From the NCBI GenBank assembly GCA_036494005.1, contig DASXOV010000021.1, forward strand, positions 3,947 through 67,946: DNA of 64,000 bases, given 5' to 3'. Made by a program: the position numbers and the translations under genes. Under the pieces are notes generated by a model, which had not been told where the DNA came from, did no database searches, and was given only the letters and a program-made list of their open reading frames with translations. Numbering within the stretch: the first letter of the stretch is position 1; each line of letters opens with the position of its first letter. The stretch comes from Pseudonocardiaceae bacterium (GTDB lineage: Bacteria; Actinomycetota; Actinomycetes; Mycobacteriales; Pseudonocardiaceae). This document shows positions 21,581 through 32,369 of this stretch, piece after piece.

Positions 21581-21943
21581 ATGAGCGTGGAGAACATCGC
21601 CGACACCGACGTGCCGACCCACGGCGTCGAACTGACCGAAGCTGCCGCTATCAAGGCGAGGGCGTTGCTTGACCAAGAAGGCCGGACGGACATGCATCTG
21701 CGCATCGCGGTGCAGCCGGGCGGTTGTGCCGGGCTGCGCTACCAGCTGTTCTTCGATGAGCGCATGCTCGATGGTGATGCGAAGCGGGAGTTCGGCGGCT
21801 TGGCCGTGGTGGTGGACCGGATGAGCGGTCCCTATCTGCAGGGCGCCGTGATCGACTTCGTCGACACTATCGAGAAGCAGGGTTTCACCATCGAGAATCC
21901 CAATGCCGGCGGGTCCTGCGCCTGCGGGGATTCCTTCAACTGA
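21581..21943 (+). CDS. HesB/IscA family iron-sulfur cluster insertion protein
   Basis: LRIAVQPGGCAGLRY and the C-terminal CACGDSF motif. ATG is preceded by GGGAGAG. Confidence 0.9.
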   Translation: MSVENIADTDVPTHGVELTEAAAIKARALLDQEGRTDMHLRIAVQPGGCAGLRYQLFFDERMLDGDAKREFGGLAVVVDRMSGPYLQGAVIDFVDTIEKQGFTIENPNAGGSCACGDSFN

Positions 21944-21960
21944 GCCCAGTTCTGACGGTT

Positions 21961-21997
21961 CGAGGGCCGCGAATCCGGCACGGATTCGCGGCCCTCG
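21961..21997. terminator. perfect 17-bp inverted repeat (3-nt loop) between convergent iscA-like gene and asnB
   Basis: cgagggccgcgaatccg-gca-cggattcgcggccctcg read directly. There is no U-tract, which I recall as common for actinobacterial terminators. Confidence 0.6.
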
Positions 21998-22034
21998 CCG
22001 TCCTGACGGTGTCGGCTCGCCGGGGGCTGCCGGG

Positions 22035-23981
22035 TCAGATCTGCACCGGGTAGTGCGGCTCGGGAATCTTCGGAGCGATCCGCTGCTCGACGAAGATGCC
22101 GTGCCAGAGCATGAACACCAGCACCGCCCAGATTCGCCTGCTGTGATCCATCGACCCCGAGCGGTGCTCGTCGAGCATCTGGCGCACCACGCCGAGGTCG
22201 AGGAACTCTCCGGTGGCCGACTCGTCGATGATGCCGCGGGCCCAGCCGTACAGGTCCTCCCGCAGCCAGTGCCGGATCGGCACCGGGAAGCCGAGCTTGC
22301 GGCGGTTCAGCACGTGCGCAGGCACAATGTCACGCAGTGCCCGGCGCAGGGAGTGCTTGGTGGTCTCGCGGGTGATCTTCTCCTCCATCGGGATGGTCGC
22401 GGCCACCCGGAACACTTCGGGATCCAGGAACGGCACCCGCAGTTCCAGCGAATTCGCCATGGTCACCTTGTCCGCCTTGACCAGGATGTCCCCGCGCAAC
22501 CAGGTGAACAGGTCGACGTGCTGCATCCGGGTCACCGGATCCCAGCCTGCCGATGCCGCGTACGGCTCAGCGGTGAGGTCGGCATGCGAGACGGCCTGGT
22601 CGTAGCCGCGCAGCACCGCCCGCAGTTGGTCGTCCCGGAAGATGCGCGCGTTGCCGTAGTAGCGCTGCTCCAGGGTGAGCGCACCGCGACGCAGCAGGTC
22701 CTTGCCGCGGACCCCATCGGGAATGTGCGCCGAGATCCGGCCCAGGGCGCGGCGCACCCCGCCGGGCACCTTCTCGAACGGCGCCAGTGACAACGGTTCC
22801 CGGTAGATCGTGTATCCGCCGAAGAGCTCGTCGGCCCCTTCCCCGGAGAGCACCACCTTGACGTGTTCCCTGGCTTCCCTGGCGATGAACCACAGCGGCA
22901 CCAGCGCGGGGTCGGCCACCGGGTCGTCGAGGTACCAGACGATCAGTGGCAGCGCCTCGGCCAGTTCGGTGGCCGAGACGGTGCGGATCACATGGCGGAC
23001 CCCGATCGCGGCGGCTGACTCCGCGGCCACGTCCACCTCGGAATAGCCCTTGCGATCGAAGCCGGTGGTGAAGGTGATCAGATCCGGGTTGTGCTCCTTG
23101 GCCAGCGCGGCGATGGCGGTCGAGTCGATCCCGCCGGAGAGGAAAGCGCCGACGGTGACGTCGGCCCGCATGTGCTTGGCCACCGAATCCCGCATGACCG
23201 CGGTGATCCTGTCGTGCAGTGCTCGTGACTCGGCGCCGGTGTGCACCGCGACGGGCCGGAAGTCGGGGTGGAAATAGCGCTCGCTGCGCAGGGGGGTTCC
23301 GGGCGAGACGGTGAACGAGGTGCCGGACTCGATACGGGTGATCCCGGTGTGCAGCGAGGCCGGCTCGGGCACGTACTGCAGGGTGAGGTAGTGCTGCAGA
23401 GCCCGGCGGTCCACCTCCACCGTGCCGCCGAACCCGTCGCCGACTCCCAACGACGGGGCCAGTTCCAGCAGGCTCTTCTTCTCACTGGAGAACGCGACAC
23501 CGCCCGTCCCGGTGCAGGTGAACAGCGGCTTGATGCCGAACGGGTCACGGGCGCCGAAGGCAACTCGTTCCTGGGTGTCCCAGATGATGAACGCGAACAT
23601 TCCGCGCAGCCGTTGCACCGCGGCGGGCCCGAAGTGGTGGTAGGCGGCGAGCACCACTTCGGTGTCACCCTCGGTGACGAAGCTCACGTGGTAGGGCTCG
23701 CCCTGCAATTCCTCCCGGAGCTCCAGGTAGTTGTAGATCTCGCCGTTGAACAGGATCACGTAGCGCTGCGGCGCCTCCGGCGGACCCCACCGCAGGGGCT
23801 GGTGCGAGTACTCCAGATCGATGATGGAGAGCCGATTGAACCCGAGTACCACATCGGTGTCGTTCCAGGTCCCGGTCTCGTCAGGACCGCGATGCCGCTG
23901 GCAGCGCAACGCAGCGGTCACGTCCGGCACCCGCTGCGCCGCATCCTGTTGCCCCGTCACCAGTCCCAGCAACCCGCACAC
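22035..23981 (-). CDS. asnB: asparagine synthase (glutamine-hydrolysing)
   Basis: MCGLLG N-terminal Cys nucleophile and the SGGIDS PP-loop; 648 aa. Confidence 0.95.
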   Translation of the reverse strand: MCGLLGLVTGQQDAAQRVPDVTAALRCQRHRGPDETGTWNDTDVVLGFNRLSIIDLEYSHQPLRWGPPEAPQRYVILFNGEIYNYLELREELQGEPYHVSFVTEGDTEVVLAAYHHFGPAAVQRLRGMFAFIIWDTQERVAFGARDPFGIKPLFTCTGTGGVAFSSEKKSLLELAPSLGVGDGFGGTVEVDRRALQHYLTLQYVPEPASLHTGITRIESGTSFTVSPGTPLRSERYFHPDFRPVAVHTGAESRALHDRITAVMRDSVAKHMRADVTVGAFLSGGIDSTAIAALAKEHNPDLITFTTGFDRKGYSEVDVAAESAAAIGVRHVIRTVSATELAEALPLIVWYLDDPVADPALVPLWFIAREAREHVKVVLSGEGADELFGGYTIYREPLSLAPFEKVPGGVRRALGRISAHIPDGVRGKDLLRRGALTLEQRYYGNARIFRDDQLRAVLRGYDQAVSHADLTAEPYAASAGWDPVTRMQHVDLFTWLRGDILVKADKVTMANSLELRVPFLDPEVFRVAATIPMEEKITRETTKHSLRRALRDIVPAHVLNRRKLGFPVPIRHWLREDLYGWARGIIDESATGEFLDLGVVRQMLDEHRSGSMDHSRRIWAVLVFMLWHGIFVEQRIAPKIPEPHYPVQI

Positions 23982-24186
23982 TCGCTTGCCCTCTCGTCGG
24001 CGGTACCGCCCCCCTGCCAGAGACAGTCACGGCGCCCCAGTATGCCGAGCACGACGAAGCGCCCGGCCGCCCCGGGGGAACTGTGGCCTTAGTGCTGGTC
24101 TAGGCTCCAGAGCAGTCGTGACACTACGTCAGGCCGACGTACCTGCAGGGCCGGCCAGGGCATCGGGCAACGAGGAGGAACGAGGC

Positions 24187-25143
24187 GTGGTCGACGGAGT
24201 CCGCCCCCGTGCGGTTCGGTTGCTCAAGGTGATGGGGCTGGCTGGACTGGTCGCCTTCGTGTCCACCGGGTGCTCGGTGAACGACGCTCTTGCGTTCGGC
24301 TGGCCGCAGGGGGTCACTCCGCAGGCCGAACGGATACGTGAACTGTGGATCTGGGCGACGCTGGCCGCGTTGGTGGTCGGGGCGATCGTGTTCGCGCTGA
24401 TCATGTGGGCAGTCGTCTTCCACCGTAAACGGTCCGACGAGATGCCTCGGCAGACTCAGTACAACCTGCCGCTCGAGATCGTTTACACGGTCATTCCGTT
24501 CGTCATCGTTGCGGTGCTCTTCTACTTCACCGCCACGACACAGAATTACGTCAACGCCAAGGCCGCGGATCCTGCGCTGCGGGTCAATGTGGTGGCCTTC
24601 CAGTGGAACTGGGAGTTCCAGTACCTGCAGAACAAGCCGGGTGCGGATGGCAAGTTCGCGGTCCAGCGGACGCCGGGCGGTACCCCGATCTCCACGGTCG
24701 GTTCGGCCACGACGATCCCGATCCTGGTGCTGCCCACCAAACGTCTGGTGGAGTACCGGATCACGTCCACCGACGTGATCCACTCCTTCTTCGTACCGGA
24801 ATTCCTCTTCAAGCGCGACGTGTTCCCCCGGCCGGAGAAGAACGACACCGACAACGTGTTCCAGAACACGGTTGAGCGGGAGGGCGCGTTCGTCGGTCGC
24901 TGTGCTGAATTGTGCGGAACCTACCACTCGATGATGAACTTCGAAGTGCGGGCGTTGCCGGGTGACCTGTTCGACCGCTACCTGCAGCTACGGGCCCGTA
25001 CCAACCCGCAGACCGGGCAGTCGTACACCACCGGCGAGGCGTTGGCGACGCTGAACTGCGGTGCGCTCTGCGCTCCCGAGGCGGTCACCACGTTCCCGTT
25101 CGACACCAAACGCGCCGGCGGCCAGCCTTCCGGGCGTAGATGA
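24187..25143 (+). CDS. ctaC: cytochrome c oxidase subunit II
   Basis: Lipobox-like LVAFVSTGC, two TM helices and the CuA site CAELCGTYHSMM. GTG 24187 is preceded by GAGGAGGAA. Confidence 0.9.
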   Translation: MVDGVRPRAVRLLKVMGLAGLVAFVSTGCSVNDALAFGWPQGVTPQAERIRELWIWATLAALVVGAIVFALIMWAVVFHRKRSDEMPRQTQYNLPLEIVYTVIPFVIVAVLFYFTATTQNYVNAKAADPALRVNVVAFQWNWEFQYLQNKPGADGKFAVQRTPGGTPISTVGSATTIPILVLPTKRLVEYRITSTDVIHSFFVPEFLFKRDVFPRPEKNDTDNVFQNTVEREGAFVGRCAELCGTYHSMMNFEVRALPGDLFDRYLQLRARTNPQTGQSYTTGEALATLNCGALCAPEAVTTFPFDTKRAGGQPSGRR

Positions 25144-25195
25144 CCTTCCGGTACCAATCGGATCCCTTCCGCAGGCTCGAGAGCGAGGCAGCACG

Positions 25196-25597
25196 ATGAG
25201 GGTCGAAGCGCGGATCTTCGAGATCATCACCGGATTCTTCTTCCTGTCCGCGGTGGTCTACGGCCTCTGGTCGGGCGGTGAGCCGGTCGGCTCGGTCGCG
25301 CTGACCCTGACCGGCGGTCTGACCCTCATCGTCGGAACCTATTTCCGATTCGTCTCCCGTCGGGTCCGGATGCGCCCGGAGGACAATGCCGACGCCGAGA
25401 TCTCGGACGGCGCCGGTGAGTTGGGCTTCTTCTCGCCCGGCAGCTACTGGCCGATCGGGATCGCGCTGGCGGCCAGCGTGGTCGGGGGAGCGGTGGCGTT
25501 CAGTGAGTGGTGGCTGGTCGCGATCGGCATCGTCCTGGTGCTCCTCACCGTTGCCGGGCTGATCTTCGAGTACCACATCGGTCCCCGGGCTCAGTGA
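25196..25597 (+). CDS. ctaF: cytochrome c oxidase subunit 4 (CtaF)
   Basis: 133-aa four-TM protein immediately after ctaC; the MRVEARIFEI... sequence is typical of actinobacterial CtaF. Confidence 0.85.
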   Translation: MRVEARIFEIITGFFFLSAVVYGLWSGGEPVGSVALTLTGGLTLIVGTYFRFVSRRVRMRPEDNADAEISDGAGELGFFSPGSYWPIGIALAASVVGGAVAFSEWWLVAIGIVLVLLTVAGLIFEYHIGPRAQ

Positions 25598-25608
25598 GCG
25601 TGCTCTTG

Positions 25609-26190
25609 TCAGCGGTCTGACACGACACCTACCAGTACGTTTGCGATCTGACCGAGTGGCACCACCTTGTCGACCAGCTTGGTGCTGATCGCCGATCGGG
25701 GCATCTCGAAATGCTGGCTGCTCGCCTCGTCCTGGGCCAGGACGGTGCCTCCGCAGTAGGAGACGGTTCGGATTCCGGCCGTCCCGTCGTTGCCGATTCC
25801 GGTCAGCACGACGGCTGTGACGCGAGGCCCACAGCTCATCGCCAGGGTGACCAGCATCAGGTCGGCGGACGGACGTGCCGGAGGGTGCTCCCCGGAGTCG
25901 ATCAGGCACACCTCGGCGGCAGAGCTGATGAGCAGATGTTTGCCGGGCGGGGCGACCAATACCTCGCTGGTCGTGAGCGAGTCCTGATCCCGGGCGTTCC
26001 GGACCAGCAGTTGGGTGCTCCGGTCCAGGACGGCAGGCAGCGAACCGCGTGAGTAAGGCGAGACGTGCAGGCACACGAGCACGGCGGCCGGGAAGTCCGC
26101 GGGCAGGGGCGCCAGCACCCGCTGCAGGGCCTCCACGCCGCCCGCAGAGGCGACCAGCGCAACGACCGAGGGTGGCAGCGGGTTAGTCAC
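25609..26190 (-). CDS. stand-alone CheB-type methylesterase/deamidase domain protein
   Basis: Collinear CheB catalytic-domain hallmarks: [10 protein letters not shown] (Ser), LVCLHVSP (His), [20 protein letters not shown] (Asp), [16 protein letters not shown]. There is no receiver domain. GTG 26190 overlaps the qcrB stop region by 8 nt. Confidence 0.75.
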   Translation of the reverse strand: MTNPLPPSVVALVASAGGVEALQRVLAPLPADFPAAVLVCLHVSPYSRGSLPAVLDRSTQLLVRNARDQDSLTTSEVLVAPPGKHLLISSAAEVCLIDSGEHPPARPSADLMLVTLAMSCGPRVTAVVLTGIGNDGTAGIRTVSYCGGTVLAQDEASSQHFEMPRSAISTKLVDKVVPLGQIANVLVGVVSDR

Positions 26191-27856
26191 TGGGCTGCTG
26201 TGGCCGCCCTGCCAACTTCCGCTTCTCGGACTCAGCCTCGGCTGCACTGTCCTGGGCAGCGTGCTGATGAGCAGCGGCAGCTGCCTCTCGGCGGGCACTC
26301 TCCAGCGCCCTGGTCTGCTCCGGCGGATCCGGCCGCAGCAGCGATCCTGGGACCGGTGCACCGGCTGAACCCAACTGGTTCATCCGCTTGGGCACCGGGG
26401 CGCCCTGGTACTCCAGCGGAATGGCGTGGCCGTGGTCGTCGACACCGCCGAGGGGTTGATGCACCTCGATGAATTCACCGTGCGGAAGACGCTTGATGAT
26501 TCCGGTCTCGATGCCGTGTTCGAGAACCGCCCGGTCGGCTCGCTGCAGGCCCAGGCAGATCCGGTACGTCACGTAGTAGGCCAGCGGCGGCACGATCAGC
26601 AGGCCGATGCGCCCTGCCCAGGTCGTCGCGTTCAGCGAGATGTCGAACACGTAGGCGATGACGTCATTGCCGCCGGAGAGCAGCAGGATGGCCATGAAGC
26701 TGATCGCCATCATGCCCAGCCCGGAGCGCACCGGCACGTCCCGAGGCCGCTGCAGCAGGTTGTGGGAGGCGTTGTCCTTGGTGAGCTTGCGCTCGATGGC
26801 CGGGTACATCAGTGCCAGGCTGAACATGATGATGGGCAGCACCATCGTCGGCCAGAACGATGCGGGAATCATGTAGTTGCCCAGGTAGATCTCCCATGCG
26901 GGCCACAACCGGGTCGAACCGTCCAGCCAGCCCACATACCAGTCGGGCTGGGAGGCGGCGGACACCTGCGCCGGGTTGTACGGGCCGAAGTTCCACACCG
27001 GGTTGATCTGGAACAGACCGGCCATGATGCAGATGACGCCGATGTTCACCATCGCGAAGCCGGTGGCCTTGCTCGCGAAGATCGGCAGGATCCGCACCCC
27101 GACCACGTTGCGCTCAGTACGCCCAGGCCCGGGGAACTGGGTGTGTTTCTGGTACCAGACCAGCCCCAGATGCACGGCGATCAGGGCGAACAGCAGGCCC
27201 GGGATGATGAAGACGTGCACGATGTAGAAGCGGGGGATGATCTCGTGGCCGGGGAACTCGCCACCGAAGATCGCCCAGTGCGCCCAGGTGCCGATGACCG
27301 GTGGGGACATCGTGATCGCCGAGATGATGCGCAGCCCGGTTCCGGAGAGCAGATCGTCGGGCAGTGAGTAGCCGGTGAGGCCTTCCAGGCCGGCGAGGAA
27401 CGCGATGGCGATGCCGATCGTCCAGTTCAGCTCCCTCGGTTTGCGGAAGGCGCCGGTGAAGAAGGTTCGGAACATGTGCACCACGAGGGCCGCGACGAAC
27501 AACAGCGCCGCCCAGTGGTGCACTTGCCGGACGAACAGCCCGCCCCGGACGTCGAAGGAGAGCTGCAGGGTCGACTCGAACGCCCGGGACATCTCGATCC
27601 CGCGCAGATTCTGGAACGGACCGTTGTACTCGACCTCTGTCATGGAGGGGTCGAAGAAGAGCGCGAGGTACGTGCCGGACAGCAGCAGCACGATGAAGCT
27701 GTTCAGCGCGATCTCACCGAGCATGAACGACCAGTGCGTGGGAAAGACCTTGTTGATCTGTCTCCGCACGCCTGCGGCCAGGTGGAACCGCTGGTCGAGG
27801 TCGTTCGCGGCCTGCGCCGCCCGGTCTGCCTTGGCCGACGTCGTCATCGGGCTCAT
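26183..27856 (-). CDS. qcrB: cytochrome bc1 complex cytochrome b subunit
   Basis: 557-aa polytopic protein with cytochrome b hallmarks ([18 protein letters not shown]) and a long C-terminal tail. Confidence 0.95.
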   Translation of the reverse strand: MSPMTTSAKADRAAQAANDLDQRFHLAAGVRRQINKVFPTHWSFMLGEIALNSFIVLLLSGTYLALFFDPSMTEVEYNGPFQNLRGIEMSRAFESTLQLSFDVRGGLFVRQVHHWAALLFVAALVVHMFRTFFTGAFRKPRELNWTIGIAIAFLAGLEGLTGYSLPDDLLSGTGLRIISAITMSPPVIGTWAHWAIFGGEFPGHEIIPRFYIVHVFIIPGLLFALIAVHLGLVWYQKHTQFPGPGRTERNVVGVRILPIFASKATGFAMVNIGVICIMAGLFQINPVWNFGPYNPAQVSAASQPDWYVGWLDGSTRLWPAWEIYLGNYMIPASFWPTMVLPIIMFSLALMYPAIERKLTKDNASHNLLQRPRDVPVRSGLGMMAISFMAILLLSGGNDVIAYVFDISLNATTWAGRIGLLIVPPLAYYVTYRICLGLQRADRAVLEHGIETGIIKRLPHGEFIEVHQPLGGVDDHGHAIPLEYQGAPVPKRMNQLGSAGAPVPGSLLRPDPPEQTRALESARREAAAAAHQHAAQDSAAEAESEKRKLAGRPQQPSD

Positions 27857-28977
27857 GACCTCCGCTCCCAGAAAGCCGGGCCTACTGGTTCGATGAAGTC
27901 ACCCTTCGCGTAGAAGTATCCCTCATCGTCGACGTTGATGGGCAACTGCGGCAAGGCCCTGGTGGCCGGGCCGAAGATCGGCTTGGCGTACTCCAGCATG
28001 TTGAACTGCGACTGATGGCAGGGGCAGAGCAGCCGGGCGGTCTGCGCCTCGTACAGCGAAGCGGGGCAGCCGAGGTGCGTGCAGATCTTCGAGTACGCGT
28101 AGAAGTCGCTGTAGTTGAAGTCGACCTGGCCCTTACGCTTGACCACTTCGACCGCCTGCTCCGGCCGGAGCCGGATGAGCATGACGGGATTGTCGGAAGC
28201 GGTCAGTGCTTCGTGCGCCTCCTCCGCGGTCCAGGAGCGCTTGTAGGGGAAGACCGTGGCGATGCTCCCGGCCGCCAGGTCCTCGGGACGGGCCAGGGTG
28301 AGTTCCTTGTGCTCGTAGCGCAGGTACACCCGTTCACCGTTGTCCGAGCGCCAGCTGGTGGTCCACAGCGCGGCGTGTGCCCCGCCCTGCCACGGGTTGC
28401 GAATCAGTCCGCCGAGCGCGATGACGCCCACTCCGGCACCGAACACACCCGCACCCAACCCGGCGGCCCGCTTGATCAGGGACCTCCGCGCCAGGCCGCT
28501 GCGGGTGGCGCTGTCCGCAAGGACCGCGGCCGTTGTGACCCGGTCGACGTCGGAGGACCCGCCGATATGACGCTGCTGCACCGCCGTCTCGTGCGGCAAC
28601 AGCTGCTTGGCGTAGATGATGGTCGCGGCGCCGATGGCGAACACCGTGATGCCGAACAGCACACCGACGATCGGGGTGTAAAGCAGGTACAGCAGATGTC
28701 CGCCGTTGGGGCTGCCGGGCGGTGCGTAGCGCCAGGGCAGGAACAGGTAGGCCGCGATGGAGCCGAGGCCGGCGAGCGCGGCGATCAGGAACCACCCTGC
28801 GACCTTGCGCTCGGTGCGCTTCTCCGCCCGGGTGCCGCGCACCGGGAAGGGGTCCTCCCGGTGGACCAGGGTCACCCCGTCGAGCGCCAGGCCCAGCCGC
28901 ACCAGCTCGTCCTGGCTCATGGTGGACAGATCCGCGTCGCTCGGAAGCCCTCCCGGGGGCCGTTCGTGGCTGCTCAT
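27853..28977 (-). CDS. qcrA: cytochrome bc1 complex Rieske iron-sulfur subunit
   Basis: Rieske motifs CTHLGC and CPCHQS. It has ATGA overlaps with both qcrC (28974-28977) and qcrB. Confidence 0.9.
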   Translation of the reverse strand: MSSHERPPGGLPSDADLSTMSQDELVRLGLALDGVTLVHREDPFPVRGTRAEKRTERKVAGWFLIAALAGLGSIAAYLFLPWRYAPPGSPNGGHLLYLLYTPIVGVLFGITVFAIGAATIIYAKQLLPHETAVQQRHIGGSSDVDRVTTAAVLADSATRSGLARRSLIKRAAGLGAGVFGAGVGVIALGGLIRNPWQGGAHAALWTTSWRSDNGERVYLRYEHKELTLARPEDLAAGSIATVFPYKRSWTAEEAHEALTASDNPVMLIRLRPEQAVEVVKRKGQVDFNYSDFYAYSKICTHLGCPASLYEAQTARLLCPCHQSQFNMLEYAKPIFGPATRALPQLPINVDDEGYFYAKGDFIEPVGPAFWERRS

Positions 28978-29828
28978 GCCTTCGCTCCGACCCACAGTGT
29001 GACGGCGACCAGGGCCGAGATGCCGATGATCCAGGCGATCACGCCTTCGGAGATCGGGCCGTAGCCACCGAGTGAGTATCCGCCTGGATTGTTACGCTCG
29101 TCGGTGATCGAGTTGATGTAGGCGATGATGTCCCGCTTCTCGTCCGGCGTCAGCTGCCGGTCGGAGAACTTCGGCATACTCTGCGGTCCGGTGACCATCG
29201 CGGCATACATCTGCTGGTCGTTCACACCCTTGATCGCGGGGGCGAACTTACCGGAGGACAGTGCGATACCGCGCCCGGTGAAGTTGTGGCAGGACGCGCA
29301 GTTGAGCCGGAACATCTCGCCCCCCTGTGCCGAGTTACCGCCGCCGAGGTCACCCTTGGGTACGGTCGGTCCTCCGCCATTGGCCTGGACGAAGGCACCC
29401 AGCGCGTCGATCTCCTGTGGGGTGAACTTGACCGGTTTCTCGGTGATCTGAGCTTCCTGGCGCGCTGCGGGCATCCGTCCGGTCGATACCTGGAAGTAGA
29501 CCGCTGCGTCGCCGACTCCGATCAGGCTGGGACCGCGGCCCTGGACGCCCTGCAGGTTGGCGCCGTGGCAACTGATGCACGCGTTGTTGTAGAGCTGTTC
29601 GCCCTGACGCACCAGCCCATTATCCTCCTGAGCCTGCGCCGTCTGCGGGTGCGGGGCGAGCGTCGCGTACAGCCCGCCTGCCGCCAGCAGCGCGATGGAA
29701 AGCGCGAGCATCCCGGACATCCGGCGACGCAGCCGGCTGCTGGCCCCCTTGACCGATCGGGCTGCAGGCGAGCCCGTGGGGCTTGTTTCGGTGGGGCTCG
29801 ATCGGTCTTCGGGTTCGGTGGTGGTCAT
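28974..29828 (-). CDS. qcrC: cytochrome bc1 complex diheme cytochrome c subunit
   Basis: Two CxxCH motifs (CISCH, CASCH) and a C-terminal TM anchor. Confidence 0.9.
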   Translation of the reverse strand: MTTTEPEDRSSPTETSPTGSPAARSVKGASSRLRRRMSGMLALSIALLAAGGLYATLAPHPQTAQAQEDNGLVRQGEQLYNNACISCHGANLQGVQGRGPSLIGVGDAAVYFQVSTGRMPAARQEAQITEKPVKFTPQEIDALGAFVQANGGGPTVPKGDLGGGNSAQGGEMFRLNCASCHNFTGRGIALSSGKFAPAIKGVNDQQMYAAMVTGPQSMPKFSDRQLTPDEKRDIIAYINSITDERNNPGGYSLGGYGPISEGVIAWIIGISALVAVTLWVGAKA

Positions 29829-29913
29829 CGGCTTCGGCTACCCCTGCTGTCTCTCGATCCGGATGTGGTGCTGGGCTGTCGGGCGAGTTCCCGGCCAGTC
29901 ATTGTCCGCAGTC

Positions 29914-30552
29914 CTAGGGCAAGAAGTAGATGGTGGCGAAAAGACCGATCCAGACCACATCGACGAAGTGCCAGTAGTACGACACGACGATCGCGGCGGT
30001 GGCCTGTGCCGGGGTGAACTTGCTCAACTTCGTCCGGATGATGAGGAAGATGAACGCGATCAAACCTCCGGTCACGTGCAGGCCGTGGAAACCGGTGGCG
30101 AGGTAGAAGATGGTGCCGTATGCACCAGAGGGGATCGTGACGCCCTCGTGGACCAGGTTGCGATATTCGTTCGCCTGTCCCAGCACGAACAATGTCCCCA
30201 TGATCAACGTGATCGAGTACCAGAGTCGTAGCCCGAACACGTCGCCCTGCTCCGCCTTGAACACACCCCACTGGCAGGTGAAGGAGGAGGAGACCAGGAT
30301 GATGGTCACCACGAGGGCGTAGGGCACGTCGAGATGGATAGGTTCACCCGTGGAGGCGAGGATCGGCGGCCACGGACCGTCGCTCTCCGCCTTCACCGTG
30401 AAGAAGATGGCGAACAGGCCGGCGAAGAACATCAGTTCGCTGGACAGCCACACGATGGTACCGACGCTGACCATGTTGGGCCGGTTCAGCGAGTGCACCC
30501 GTTGGCTGATGGAGGGCGCTGCCAGGCTGGACGAGGGGGTCACGTCGAGCAT
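29914..30552 (-). CDS. ctaE: cytochrome c oxidase subunit III
   Basis: [31 protein letters not shown] is near-identical to what I remember of mycobacterial CtaE. The start could be ATG 30552 or TTG 30561. Confidence 0.9.
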   Translation of the reverse strand: MLDVTPSSSLAAPSISQRVHSLNRPNMVSVGTIVWLSSELMFFAGLFAIFFTVKAESDGPWPPILASTGEPIHLDVPYALVVTIILVSSSFTCQWGVFKAEQGDVFGLRLWYSITLIMGTLFVLGQANEYRNLVHEGVTIPSGAYGTIFYLATGFHGLHVTGGLIAFIFLIIRTKLSKFTPAQATAAIVVSYYWHFVDVVWIGLFATIYFLP

Positions 30553-30701
30553 TATGGCCAAAGGTGTCTGCCTGTCCCTGGGCGGGTGGGCGGCGATACC
30601 ATCTTCGTCGCCGCCCGCCGCGTCATCCGCCCCGAGTCAGAACTGACCCGGCCGCCCCGCGTCCGCTCCGGACGCCGACCCCGAGGACCTGCGACCATCC
30701 G

Positions 30702-31118
30702 ATGAACGCTCCTAGTCCCACCAGCACCGTCCTGGTCTTCAGCCATCGACCGGCGGTGCGGGAGGCCATCATCAACGCCGTCGGCCGGCGTCCCGCGCCG
30801 GATCTCGCCCGGCTGGACTACCTCGAGGCCGGGACCGTCGGCGAGGTGCTGGCGGTGGTCGACGCGGGCAGGGCGGATCTCGCGATCCTCGACGGCGAGG
30901 CCCAGCCCACCGGCGGGATGGGCCTGTCCCGGCAGCTCAAGAACGAGATCCGGCATTGCCCGCCGATCATCGTGTCCGTGCAGCGCAAGGACGATCGCTG
31001 GCTGGCGGTCTGGTCACAGGCCGACGCGGTCATCGTGCACCCGCTCGACCCCTTGGCCGCAGCCGAGACCGTCGCCGAGGTGCTGCGGTCGCACCGGCTG
31101 CCGGTGGCGAACGGCTGA
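30702..31118 (+). CDS. stand-alone receiver-like (pseudo-receiver) domain protein
   Basis: 138 aa with the CheY-like beta/alpha pattern. The phospho-acceptor-like Asp is kept ([12 protein letters not shown]). The N-terminal acidic pair is SH, and the conserved Lys-Pro is His-Pro (VIVHPLDP). Confidence 0.55.
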   Translation: MNAPSPTSTVLVFSHRPAVREAIINAVGRRPAPDLARLDYLEAGTVGEVLAVVDAGRADLAILDGEAQPTGGMGLSRQLKNEIRHCPPIIVSVQRKDDRWLAVWSQADAVIVHPLDPLAAAETVAEVLRSHRLPVANG

Positions 31119-31129
31119 GGCCGCGCGCC

Positions 31130-32191
31130 GTGGCCGAGACGGCCGGTGTGCGTAGCTGGCGTGCGCTGCTCACTCACCTGATCGCCCGATCGGATCTGGA
31201 CTCCGGTGACACGGCATGGGCGATGAACCAGGTGATGTCCGGTGCAGCCACTCCCGCCCAGATCGCTGCGTTCGTTGTGGCGTTGCGGGCCAAGGGGGAA
31301 ACAGCGGCGGAGATCGCCGGGCTGGCTCACGGCATGCTCTCGCACGCCCGCCGGGTGCAGATCCCCGGGCGCGCGGTCGACGTGGTCGGCACCGGGGGTG
31401 ACCAAGCTCACACCGTGAACATCTCCACCATGGCCGCTCTGGTGACCGCGGCCGCGGGCGCTCCGGTGGTGAAGCACGGCAATCGCGCGGCCTCCTCGCA
31501 GTGCGGCGCCACCGACGTACTCGAGGCGCTCGGGGTGGCCGTCGATCTCGGCCCGCCGGACGTGGCGCGATGTGTGGCGGAGGTGGGAATCGGGTTCTGT
31601 TTCGCGCCGGTGTTCCATCCGTCGTTTCGGCACGCCGCCGGGGTGCGGGGCGAGCTCGGGGTGCCTACAGCGTTCAATTTCCTCGGGCCACTGACCAACC
31701 CGGCGCAACCCGACGCTGGACTGGTGGGGTGCGCGGACGAGCGGATGGCGCCGGTGCTGGCCCAGGTGTTCGCTGATCGAGGTGTCACAGCGCTGCTGGT
31801 CCGTGGGGACGACGGGCTCGACGAGATCACCACCACGACCACCACCTCGGTGTGGATCATCGACCGCGGGACGATACGACAGGACCGGATCGACCCGGCG
31901 GCGCTGGGCGTGCCGCTCGTTCGGCCCGAAGAGCTGCGTGGTGGGGATCCTGCCGCCAATGCCGAGGTGATGCGTCGTCTGGTCGCCGGCGAGCCCGGCC
32001 CCGTTCGTGATGCCGTTCTGCTCAACGCCGCGGCCGCGCTGGCCGCATACCGTGGCTTCACCGACGACCTGCTCGCCGATCTCCGGGATGCGCTGCGGCG
32101 GGTCACCGAGGCGATCGACTCGGATGCGGCTTCCGAGCTGCTGGAGCGCTGGGCCAAGCTCACCACTGAGCTGTCCGCCACCTCCCGCTGA
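31130..32191 (+). CDS. trpD: anthranilate phosphoribosyltransferase
   Basis: TrpD motifs: [24 protein letters not shown] and KHGNRAASS. The start could be GTG 31130 or GTG 31148. Confidence 0.9.
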   Translation: MAETAGVRSWRALLTHLIARSDLDSGDTAWAMNQVMSGAATPAQIAAFVVALRAKGETAAEIAGLAHGMLSHARRVQIPGRAVDVVGTGGDQAHTVNISTMAALVTAAAGAPVVKHGNRAASSQCGATDVLEALGVAVDLGPPDVARCVAEVGIGFCFAPVFHPSFRHAAGVRGELGVPTAFNFLGPLTNPAQPDAGLVGCADERMAPVLAQVFADRGVTALLVRGDDGLDEITTTTTTSVWIIDRGTIRQDRIDPAALGVPLVRPEELRGGDPAANAEVMRRLVAGEPGPVRDAVLLNAAAALAAYRGFTDDLLADLRDALRRVTEAIDSDAASELLERWAKLTTELSATSR

Positions 32192-32369
32192 TCCCGGTCC
32201 GGAGCTCTTCACGTACCGGCACCGCCGGGTGGTCATCGCCGGGCACGCCAGCCGGCGGCACCGACGATTCGGGACGGCTAGCCTGACCGGCGTGCCCGCG
32301 ACGCATTCGCCGGCCGGGCCGAACCCGCCGGACCCTGCCGGATCTGCTGACGGCGAGACCGCCGTCCGC

